NCBI GenBank assembly: GCA_964514335.1
Contig: CAZEQN010000001.1
Coordinates: 1 to 34,084 of the forward strand
Origin: an uncultured Anaerolineaceae bacterium
GTDB lineage: Bacteria; Chloroflexota; Anaerolineae; Anaerolineales; UBA11579
Length of the DNA: 34,084 nucleotides
Direction: 5' to 3'
Position 1 is the stretch's first letter, and every line of letters begins with the position of its first letter. Positions 26,529 through 33,633 of this stretch are shown in pieces. A program made the position numbers and the translations under genes. Under the pieces are notes generated by a model that saw nothing but the letters and a program-made list of their open reading frames with translations, had not been told where the DNA came from and searched no databases.

Positions 26529-26856
26529 CCGACTCTACATCCGACACATGCTGGATTCGGCGCGTAAAGCGCAAGCCATCGCTGGGAAGATGAGCCGGGC
26601 GGAATTTGATGCGGATGAAACCACCCGCCTGGCACTCACTCATTTGCTGCAAGTGATTGGCGAAGCAGCCCGCCGAGTCTCAAGAGACTATCAGGATAGC
26701 CGCCCGCTTATTCCGTGGTCAGGGGTTATCGGCATGCGTCACAAAGTAGTACATGATTATCTCAATGTAGATGACGATGTCGTCTGGCAGACTCTACAGG
26801 AAGACTTGCCAGAATTAATAGCAGCCCTTGAACAACTGGCTGCCGCCGATTTCTGA
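26515..26856 (+). CDS. hepT: HEPN-domain (DUF86) toxin
   Basis: It has the R-x4-H motif (GMRHKVVHDY), is 113 aa, and overlaps the MNT gene by 14 nt. Confidence 0.85.
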   Translation: MQGDDRLYIRHMLDSARKAQAIAGKMSRAEFDADETTRLALTHLLQVIGEAARRVSRDYQDSRPLIPWSGVIGMRHKVVHDYLNVDDDVVWQTLQEDLPELIAALEQLAAADF

Positions 26857-26879
26857 TAACCCTTCTGCTTCCCCCCAAC

Positions 26880-27935
26880 CTACCCCAGCAAATACGCCAC
26901 CAGCCACTCGGTCGTGGCGGTCAGCGCGTCTACATGCGTGCGCTCGTAAGAGTGGCTGGCATCCACGCCCGGGCCAATCAAGGCCACGGCCGCATCGCCA
27001 CCGGCGTGCCACAGGGCTTCGCCGTCTGAAGCGTAGTAGGGGTAGATATCCACCTTGTAAGCGATTTTGTACTGGTCGGCCAGGTCCCGCAGGCGGTTGC
27101 TCAAGCCGTGGTGGTAGGGGCCGCCGCTGTCCTTCACGCACAGGGTGGCGTGAAACTCGGTGCTGGTCTGGCCGTCGCCGAGGGCCGCCATGTCCACCGT
27201 CACCAGTTCGGCCAGCTCGGCGGGGAAGCCAGCCGCCGCGCCATGCCCGACTTCCTCATAGTTACTGATGAGGATATACGTATCCTGCGCCGGTTGCAGT
27301 CCGGCATCCGTGAGGGCCTTGACCGCGGCGAGGATGTTGGCGACGCAGGCCTTGTCGTCCAGATGGCGCGAGCGCACGAAGCCGTTGGTGTGCTCGACCC
27401 GCGGGTCAAAGGCTACGAAATCGCCGACCTCAATCCCCAGTTTGCGGGTGTCTTCGGCCGAATGCACCACGGCATCCAGCCGGACTTCCATGTTGTCATC
27501 CTCGCGCTTGGTGTCATTGACCTTGCTGCCATGCACATGGCTGGAGGCGGTGGTGAGCAACAGGCTGCCGCGCACTTCGCCGCCGGCGCGGGTGAAAACC
27601 GTCAGCCCTTCGCCTTCGACCGTGTTCCAGGCGAACCCGCCGATTTTGGTGAGTTTGAGGCGGCCACTGGGCTTGATTTCCTTGACCATCGCGCCGAGCG
27701 TATCCACATGGGCGGTCAGGCCGCGCGGGGCATCGTTGGCCGCGCCCGGCCAGCGCGCCACCAGGGCGCCCTTGCGGGTGCGGCGCAGTTCAAGGGCCGG
27801 GAAGGCGCGCAGGGTCTCTTCGGTCAGGGCGATGGCGCGCTCGGCGTAGCCGGTGGGGCTGGGGGTGTTGAGAAGAGCGGTCAGCGCCGCCAGCATATAG
27901 GTCGTATCGATTTTGGGGAGCGTTTTGGCGTTCAT
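26880..27935 (-). CDS. M42 family aminopeptidase (FrvX/YsdC/PepA-like)
   Basis: It has the patterns LNTPSPTGYE, AHVDTLG and NYEEVGHGAA. It is 351 aa from the ATG at 27935. Confidence 0.8.
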   Translation of the reverse strand: MNAKTLPKIDTTYMLAALTALLNTPSPTGYAERAIALTEETLRAFPALELRRTRKGALVARWPGAANDAPRGLTAHVDTLGAMVKEIKPSGRLKLTKIGGFAWNTVEGEGLTVFTRAGGEVRGSLLLTTASSHVHGSKVNDTKREDDNMEVRLDAVVHSAEDTRKLGIEVGDFVAFDPRVEHTNGFVRSRHLDDKACVANILAAVKALTDAGLQPAQDTYILISNYEEVGHGAAAGFPAELAELVTVDMAALGDGQTSTEFHATLCVKDSGGPYHHGLSNRLRDLADQYKIAYKVDIYPYYASDGEALWHAGGDAAVALIGPGVDASHSYERTHVDALTATTEWLVAYLLG

Positions 27936-27968
27936 GCGGGGATTATACCTTCCCTCTCCCCGCTCGCT

Positions 27969-28133
27969 GGCATTGCTGCGCAATGCCTTCTCGCGCCCCT
28001 CTCCCAAGTCTGGGAGAGGGGCTGGGTAATAGCGGCACAGCCTTGCTACTCAGGGAGTATCGCCACAGGAGTAAGGATGCAATTTGCCACCGCCTGCAAC
28101 ATTTACTCCCCTCTCCCAGAACTGGGAGAGGGG
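27969..28133. repeat. Cluster of palindromic (REP-like) hairpins, including two near-identical copies
   Basis: One hairpin is GGCATTGC-TGC-GCAATGCC (27969-27987). A second is GCCCCTCTCCCA-AGTC-TGGGAGAGGGGC (27995-28022). A third is CCCCTCTCCCA-GAAC-TGGGAGAGGGG (28108-28133). Confidence 0.65.
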
Positions 28134-28157
28134 TTGGGGGAGAGGGCGAGAGGGCCA

Positions 28158-28514
28158 TTACTCCGCTGCTATTCTGCTTTCCGCTATCCGTTTCACGTCT
28201 TCCAAAACTTGATCGAGATTGTTCAGTATCGCAGCGTTCGGGTAACGGCATACAAGAATCCCGCGCTCCGCCAGCCAGGCATCCCGGGCATGGTCATAGT
28301 CGGCGCGACCGGTATGGCTTTCGCCATCCAGTTCAACTACCTGTTTGGCGGCGGGGCAGTAAAAATCCAGAATGTAAGGGGGCATGACATGCTGCCGCCG
28401 CCATTTCAGACCAGCCATTGTTTTGCGCCGCAGGGCCTGCCACAGGCGCGCCTCGGCCGGGGTGGGTGTTTTGCGGAAGTCCCGCGCCCTGGCAACCCGG
28501 CGTTTCTTATCCAT
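28158..28514 (-). CDS. DUF559 endonuclease-like (Vsr-fold) protein
   Basis: It has TPAEARLWQALR, the ILDFYCP...VVELDG core and a LAERGILVCRY tail. It is 118 aa from the ATG at 28514 and overlaps the upstream gene by 8 nt. Confidence 0.8.
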   Translation of the reverse strand: MDKKRRVARARDFRKTPTPAEARLWQALRRKTMAGLKWRRQHVMPPYILDFYCPAAKQVVELDGESHTGRADYDHARDAWLAERGILVCRYPNAAILNNLDQVLEDVKRIAESRIAAE

Positions 28515-28953
28515 GCTTCTGGGGAACTTCACCCACCTTGCGCGCCGGCACGCCCGCCCAGATTTCGCCCTCCGGCAGGTCCTCCAGCAGCACGGCATTC
28601 GCCCCCAGCACCGCCCCGCGCCCCACCCGCAGCACGCCGCTTTTGCACAGCACTTTGCTGCCCGGTGAAAGTATCGCCCCGTCTTCAATCTGGATGCCTT
28701 CAAAGGCGGATTGCGCAATGGGGATGTGGATATCCGCCCGGCCGAGGGTCACGCCGGGGTAGATTTTGACATTCGCGCCGATGCGGGTGCGAGGGTGGAT
28801 GACCACCCCAAAGCCGCCATGCACGAGGGTGAAGCCGGGGCCAATCTCTACCCCGCGCGGGATTTCACTGCCGAGCAGTTTAAGCAGATAGTAGGCCAGC
28901 CGCCCCACCAGCGGCCAGCGGCGGGCATACACAAGGCGGGTATAGAAATCCAT
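28507..28953 (-). CDS. Hexapeptide-repeat (left-handed beta-helix) acetyltransferase, CysE/WcaB-like
   Basis: It is 148 aa with repeated [LIV]-G-x4 hexapeptides (IGPGFTLVHGGFGVVIHPRTRIGANVKIYPGVTLG...). Confidence 0.8.
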   Translation of the reverse strand: MDFYTRLVYARRWPLVGRLAYYLLKLLGSEIPRGVEIGPGFTLVHGGFGVVIHPRTRIGANVKIYPGVTLGRADIHIPIAQSAFEGIQIEDGAILSPGSKVLCKSGVLRVGRGAVLGANAVLLEDLPEGEIWAGVPARKVGEVPQKHG

Positions 28954-28954
28954 C

Positions 28955-30058
28955 TTATAACCCCAGAGCGCGCTTCAGGCTGGCGGCGGCGCGCTCGGCG
29001 GTGCGGCCATCCCAGCGGTCCGGGCGGCGGCCGTGCGGCCATTCGCCCGCCAGCACGGCGGCCACGCTCGCGCCGAGGTCTTCCGGGCGTACCAGCCGGT
29101 TGGTGCCTTCGGTCAGGGTAATCGGCCGTTCGGTGTTCTCGCGCACCGTCAGGCAGGGGATGTCGAGGTAAGTCGTTTCTTCCTGAATGCCGCCTGAATC
29201 AGTAATGACGAGGCAGGCGCGCTGGACGAGACTCATAAACGGGATATAGGCCAGCGGTTCAGTAAGGTACAGGCCGGGCGTGCCTTCCAGCGTATCCAGC
29301 AGGCCGCTGGCCGCCAGCCGCTGGCGGGTGCGGGGGTGGATGGGGAACACCAGCGGCAGGTCGGCGGAGATGGCCGCGAGGGCGTTGGAAAGGGTACGCA
29401 GGCGGGTTTCGTCATCCACATTCGAGGGGCGGTGCAGGGTGACCACGCCGTAACCGGCGGGCGGCAGGCCGAAGGCATCCGGCCCGGGGGCGGCTTCAAT
29501 GCGGGCGCGCAGCAGTTCATACGAGTCAAGCATGATGTTGCCAATGCGCTCGATTTTGTCTTCCGGCACGCCTTCGCGGCGCAGGTTCTCATCGCCATCC
29601 GGGCTGGGCGTCCAGAGCAGGTCGCTGATGGCATCCGTCAGCAGGCGGTTGATTTCCTCCGGCATGCTGCGGTCGCCGGAGCGCAGGCCGGCCTCCAGAT
29701 GCGCCACCGGTAGCAACAGTTTCTTGGCAGTGATGGCGCAGGCCATCGTGCTGTTCACATCCCCCACCACCACCACATAAGCCGGGGCTTCCTGCAGGCA
29801 CACTTTTTCGTAGGCCACCATCACCGCCGCGGTTTGCTCGGCGTGGCTGCCGCTGCCCACATGCAGGTGGGTGTGCGGCTCCGGCAGGCCGAGGTCGGCC
29901 AGGATGTTGTCAGACATGTTGGCGTCGTAGTGCTGGCCGGTGTGCACCAGGCGCGGCTCGCACCAGCCTTCGGCAACGAGGCGGTGATAGAGCGGCGCGA
30001 CCTTCATAAAGTTGGGCCGGGCAGCGAGGATGAGATGCACCAAGGGGCGGGCGGTCAT
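28955..30058 (-). CDS. wecB: UDP-N-acetylglucosamine 2-epimerase (non-hydrolysing)
   Basis: It has ARPNFMKVAPL, HTGQHYD, GDVNST, HLEAGLRS, PEEINR and DSGGIQEE motifs. I chose the start at 30058 over the 30145 extension. Confidence 0.9.
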   Translation of the reverse strand: MTARPLVHLILAARPNFMKVAPLYHRLVAEGWCEPRLVHTGQHYDANMSDNILADLGLPEPHTHLHVGSGSHAEQTAAVMVAYEKVCLQEAPAYVVVVGDVNSTMACAITAKKLLLPVAHLEAGLRSGDRSMPEEINRLLTDAISDLLWTPSPDGDENLRREGVPEDKIERIGNIMLDSYELLRARIEAAPGPDAFGLPPAGYGVVTLHRPSNVDDETRLRTLSNALAAISADLPLVFPIHPRTRQRLAASGLLDTLEGTPGLYLTEPLAYIPFMSLVQRACLVITDSGGIQEETTYLDIPCLTVRENTERPITLTEGTNRLVRPEDLGASVAAVLAGEWPHGRRPDRWDGRTAERAAASLKRALGL

Positions 30059-30124
30059 ACCGCGATTATGCCACGAAAGGCGGGGAGTGGCAGGGAGTGT
30101 CCAGTTCGGGTGGAGTAGGAGTCG

Positions 30125-30225
30125 CCGCTTTAGCGGAGAATTCACCCGGCGCTCGGCTAAAGCCTCGACTCCGAATTAGGACCCGCGCGGAGGTGGACAG
30201 TCAGACAGCGGGCTTTAGCCCGCTG
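30125..30225. repeat. Intergenic run of short GC-clamped hairpins with TTTA/TAAA loops (REP-like)
   Basis: The three hairpins are CCGC-TTTA-GCGG (30125-30136), GGC-TAAA-GCC (30155-30164) and CAGCGGGC-TTTA-GCCCGCTG (30206-30225). Confidence 0.45.
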
Positions 30226-30323
30226 CCGTTGAAGCAACCATCCAGCGTAACTTGCCGAAAAGGTTTGTGTTATAGCGGATGCTGGATATAATTAACCATG
30301 TTCACCACACCCCGCGGACGCTG

Positions 30324-31955
30324 ATGACTGCTGAAACCAACGCTCTGCCCCTCTCCATCCGTGACCTAAAATTTACCTATCGCATTCGCGAGCAGGCCGC
30401 GATTGAAAATATTAACCTGGACTTGCACCCCGGCGAATTAATGCTGGTGGCCGGGGCCAGCGGCAGCGGCAAAACCACCCTGATGCGCTGCATCAATGGC
30501 CTGATTCCGCGCTCCTACCGCGGCAAGCTGGAAGGCGAAATGCGCCTGTTTGGCAAAAGCCTGGCCGACCTGACCATGGCCGAACTCTCACAGGAGGTTG
30601 GCACGTTGTTGCAAGACCCGGAGCGCCAGATTGTGGCCTCGTTCGTGCTGAACGAAGTCGCCTTCGGGCTGGAGAACCTCGGCCTGCCACGCGAAGAAAT
30701 CCTGCCGCGGGTGGATGAAGCTCTGGATTACCTCAACATCCGCTACCTGCGCGACCGCGAAACCTTCTCGCTTTCCGGCGGCGAAAAGCAAAAAGTGGCC
30801 CTGGCCGGGGTGCTGGCGATGCGGCCGCGCATCCTGATTCTGGATGAACCCCTGGCGAGCCTGGATCCGGCTTCAGCCTTTGAAGCCTTGCAACTCTTCC
30901 GCCGCCTGGCGGACGAAGGCATTTCCATCATGCTGGTCGAGCACCGCGTGGATGACGTGCTGGCGATAAAGCCGGACAGCGTGTTCTACATGGAAAACGG
31001 GCGCGAAATGTACAAAGGCGCGCCGGATGGCCTGATGGCGGTGGCGGATTATCACCGCATCAAACTCCCCGCCGAGTATGTGTTACAGCGCGCCAAAAGC
31101 GAAGCCCCGCCAGTCTTTACGCCCGCCGTGGGCGAAAGCAACGGGGCTGGCCCGCAACTGCTGGCGCAATTCAAGAATGTAACTTTCTGCTACGACAAAG
31201 ACCTGCCGAATGTATTGCAGGATGTTTCGTTTGATATTCACACCGGCGACATCATCGCCATTCTGGGGCCGAACGGGGCGGGCAAGTCCACCCTCGTCAA
31301 GCACGCCCTCGGTTTGCTCAAGCCCACCAGCGGCGAGGTGCTGTTGCAGGGCGAAAGCACCCGCGCCAAAACCGTGGCGCAGGCCGCCCATACCGTGGGC
31401 TATGTCTTCCAGAACCCGGGCCAGATGCTGTTTGCGCCCACCGTGCAGGAAGAGCTGGCCTTTGGGCCGAAGAACCTGCGCATGGAGGCCACCACTGTAA
31501 CGGCCAATGTGGACTGGGCGATTGACACCGTGAATATGGAAGAGTATCGCGAATCGCCGCCGCTGGCCCTCTCTTACGGCCAGCAGAAGCGGGTGAGCAT
31601 TGCGGCCATCCTCGCCATGCGCTCGCGGCTGCTGATGATGGACGAGCCTACCGCCGGGCAGGATTACTGGAATTACCGGGCCTTCATGGACTCGATTTTG
31701 CAGATGCCCGGCTTTGGGGCGGTCATTTTCATCACCCACGATGTGGACCTGGCGCTGGTGTACGCCAACCGCATCCTGTTGCTGGCCGATGGCCAGCTGG
31801 CCGCCGATGGCCCACCCGCCGAAGTCATGGCCGATGAAGCCCTGTTGCGCCGTTGCCGGGTACTGCCGACCTCGCTCTTACACCTCAACCTCAAACATCT
31901 CCCCCAGACCGGCCGCCTGATGCGCGCCGAAGAACTGGCCCATGCGATTGGGTAA
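30324..31955 (+). CDS. ECF transporter ATPase with two fused ABC domains (EcfA-EcfA')
   Basis: It has two Walker A motifs (GASGSGKTT, GPNGAGKST) and two signature motifs (LSGGEKQK, LSYGQQKR). The start is at 30324, or alternatively at 30279. Confidence 0.85.
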   Translation: MTAETNALPLSIRDLKFTYRIREQAAIENINLDLHPGELMLVAGASGSGKTTLMRCINGLIPRSYRGKLEGEMRLFGKSLADLTMAELSQEVGTLLQDPERQIVASFVLNEVAFGLENLGLPREEILPRVDEALDYLNIRYLRDRETFSLSGGEKQKVALAGVLAMRPRILILDEPLASLDPASAFEALQLFRRLADEGISIMLVEHRVDDVLAIKPDSVFYMENGREMYKGAPDGLMAVADYHRIKLPAEYVLQRAKSEAPPVFTPAVGESNGAGPQLLAQFKNVTFCYDKDLPNVLQDVSFDIHTGDIIAILGPNGAGKSTLVKHALGLLKPTSGEVLLQGESTRAKTVAQAAHTVGYVFQNPGQMLFAPTVQEELAFGPKNLRMEATTVTANVDWAIDTVNMEEYRESPPLALSYGQQKRVSIAAILAMRSRLLMMDEPTAGQDYWNYRAFMDSILQMPGFGAVIFITHDVDLALVYANRILLLADGQLAADGPPAEVMADEALLRRCRVLPTSLLHLNLKHLPQTGRLMRAEELAHAIG

Positions 31956-32079
31956 CCCTCGCGGGCTGACCCGACCGGAAAGGAGGCTACAGGCGCCAAG
32001 CATCTGACTGCAAGACCCCAGAGGCACAAGAACATCGTCGTTATCTTCAATCCAAAAATCAGAGATGAGGAGAAATACA

Positions 32080-32628
32080 ATGAAAGACAGCAATATGTGG
32101 TCGTTTGGAACCCGCCAGGTGGTGTATGCCGCCATCGGCGCCGCCCTGTATGGCGTATTCTCATGGGCGACCAATTTCATCCCACTGCCCTCGGTCGGTA
32201 ATGTGACCTTCCGCCCGGCGGTGGTCATCCCGGCCTTTTTCGGCGTGGCCTTCGGCCCGCTGGTCGGCTTCCTGGCCGGCGGCATCGGCAACGTGCTGGG
32301 CGACTTCCTGTCCGGTTGGGGTTTCTTCTGGAACTGGAGCCTTGGCAACGGTCTGATGGGCCTGATTCCGGGCCTGATGGCCGCCAGCGTGGTGTCCTTC
32401 AAGGACCGCGGCACCATCATGAAAGCCATCATGTACGCCATCGGCGGCGTGGTGGTCGGCATGCTGTTCGCTTCGCTGACGGAGATGTTCACCAGCGGCA
32501 TTGATATCAGCACCGCCCTGGTCGGCTACTTCACCCCCGCGGCCATCGGCAATGCGATTGTGATTGCCGTGCTGCTGCCGATTGTGATGGTAGCGTACGA
32601 CGCTGTCGCAGCCCGCAGCGGTCGCTAA
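32080..32628 (+). CDS. ECF transporter S (substrate-capture) component, substrate unknown
   Basis: It is 182 aa with about 6 TM segments and a Gly-rich loop (FGPLVGFLAGGIGNVLGD). GAGGAG lies 8 nt upstream of the ATG at 32080. It sits between the ECF A and T genes. Confidence 0.7.
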   Translation: MKDSNMWSFGTRQVVYAAIGAALYGVFSWATNFIPLPSVGNVTFRPAVVIPAFFGVAFGPLVGFLAGGIGNVLGDFLSGWGFFWNWSLGNGLMGLIPGLMAASVVSFKDRGTIMKAIMYAIGGVVVGMLFASLTEMFTSGIDISTALVGYFTPAAIGNAIVIAVLLPIVMVAYDAVAARSGR

Positions 32629-32641
32629 ACACTAACCGGTT

Positions 32642-32676
32642 GGGGCGGGTGGTCTCGGCCACCCGCCCCTTCTTTC
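32642..32676 (+). terminator. Terminator-like hairpin between the S and T genes (possible intra-operon attenuator)
   Basis: An 11-bp stem pairs GGGGCGGGTGG (32642-32652) with CCACCCGCCCC (32659-32669), followed by TTCTTTC. Confidence 0.4.
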
Positions 32677-32686
32677 AGGCCCGCCG

Positions 32687-33571
32687 ATGCTCGTCACCTG
32701 GAGATACCGCCCACGGGGCACCTTTCTGGACTCGCTGGATCCGCGTTCGCGCTGGATTACCTCGTTCCTGATTCTATTCGCCATGGTGCCCATCTGGCAC
32801 CCGTATGTCATGGTGGGTTATTTCGCCCTCTCCATGACCCAGTTTTTTATGTCGCGCCTCACTTGGCAGGAAACCAAACGGGTGTGGTTTTTTATCATTC
32901 TATTGATTGTGGTTATTATTGGATTGAATGCCATCATCACCGGGCGGGGTGGGCCGGGCGAAATTCAGCGCCTCGAACCACACATACTCTGGGAACGCAG
33001 TTTTAATATTCTGGGGCTGACGTGGACCCCGAATATCACAGTTGAGAAAATCGCCTTCGGCATCACCCAGATGTTCCGCATGATGGGCACCGCGGTGCTG
33101 TTCTTTATTATTCCGTGGACGATAGACCCCAGTAAATACGGCGTTACCTTCAGCGGCATGGGCATCCCCTACCGCTTTGCCTTTTCGATGGACCTGGCCT
33201 TTCGCTTTGTGCCAACTCTGGCGCGCGACTTTGCCACCACCGTCGACTCGCAGCGGGCGCGCGGCTATGAAGTTGAGCGGCTGGAAGGCGGGCTGATTAC
33301 CCAGATCCGGCGCGTGGCGCCACTGCTCATTCCGGTGGTGATGAATGCCATTGTGAACGGCGAGGACATCACCAATGCCATGGACCTGCGCTGCTTCGGG
33401 CAGGACCGGCGCACCTGGATTGGCAAGCTGCAATACCGCCTGCGGGATTATGTCTGGATTGGCATCGGCGTGGCAATTTTTCTCGGGGCACTCTACCTGA
33501 ACTGGGGGCTGAACCTGGAAGGCTTTTTTGTGCCGGCCTGGTTCTACGGCCTGTTTGGGATTGTGCCGTAA
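32687..33571 (+). CDS. ecfT: ECF transporter transmembrane (T) component, EcfT/CbiQ family
   Basis: It is 294 aa and polytopic, with a conserved coupling-helix Ala-Arg-Gly motif (DSQRARGYE). Confidence 0.85.
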   Translation: MLVTWRYRPRGTFLDSLDPRSRWITSFLILFAMVPIWHPYVMVGYFALSMTQFFMSRLTWQETKRVWFFIILLIVVIIGLNAIITGRGGPGEIQRLEPHILWERSFNILGLTWTPNITVEKIAFGITQMFRMMGTAVLFFIIPWTIDPSKYGVTFSGMGIPYRFAFSMDLAFRFVPTLARDFATTVDSQRARGYEVERLEGGLITQIRRVAPLLIPVVMNAIVNGEDITNAMDLRCFGQDRRTWIGKLQYRLRDYVWIGIGVAIFLGALYLNWGLNLEGFFVPAWFYGLFGIVP

Positions 33572-33587
33572 TCTGACGATTAAAAGC

Positions 33588-33618
33588 AAACGGGCGGAGG
33601 CTACCTCCGCCCGTTTTT
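33588..33618. terminator. Bidirectional rho-independent terminator between convergent genes
   Basis: The stem pairs CGGGCGGAGG (33591-33600) with CCTCCGCCCG (33604-33613). A T5 run follows at 33614-33618, and an A-rich run lies upstream at 33582-33590. Confidence 0.75.
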
Positions 33619-33633
33619 GATTCCAGAGTTGCA

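Noticed and set aside
27995-28133. Possible mini-CRISPR from two similar repeats
   Set aside because: There are only two copies. Each is itself a perfect palindrome of only 26-28 nt, the intervening 85 nt is not spacer-sized, and there is no leader or cas gene in the window.
27943-28251. 102-aa minus-strand ORF (…PLPVLGEGSK…SPSPRLGRGAREG…)
   Set aside because: It is the translation of the REP-like hairpins and is not a gene.
27108-28769. 553-aa ORF on the plus strand
   Set aside because: It is antisense to the M42 peptidase, the hairpin repeats and DUF559. It has a low-complexity Pro/Arg/Ala tail. It is a high-G+C artefact.
30059-30323. Riboswitch upstream of the ECF operon, and in the 31956-32079 gap
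   Set aside because: I could not find any consensus core I know (TPP, FMN, cobalamin, SAM, preQ1, THF). The visible structures are generic GC hairpins of a repeat type. An Rfam scan could still settle this.
31083-31739. 218-aa minus-strand ORF inside the ECF ATPase gene
   Set aside because: It is antisense to a gene with two complete ABC motif sets and shows spurious composition.
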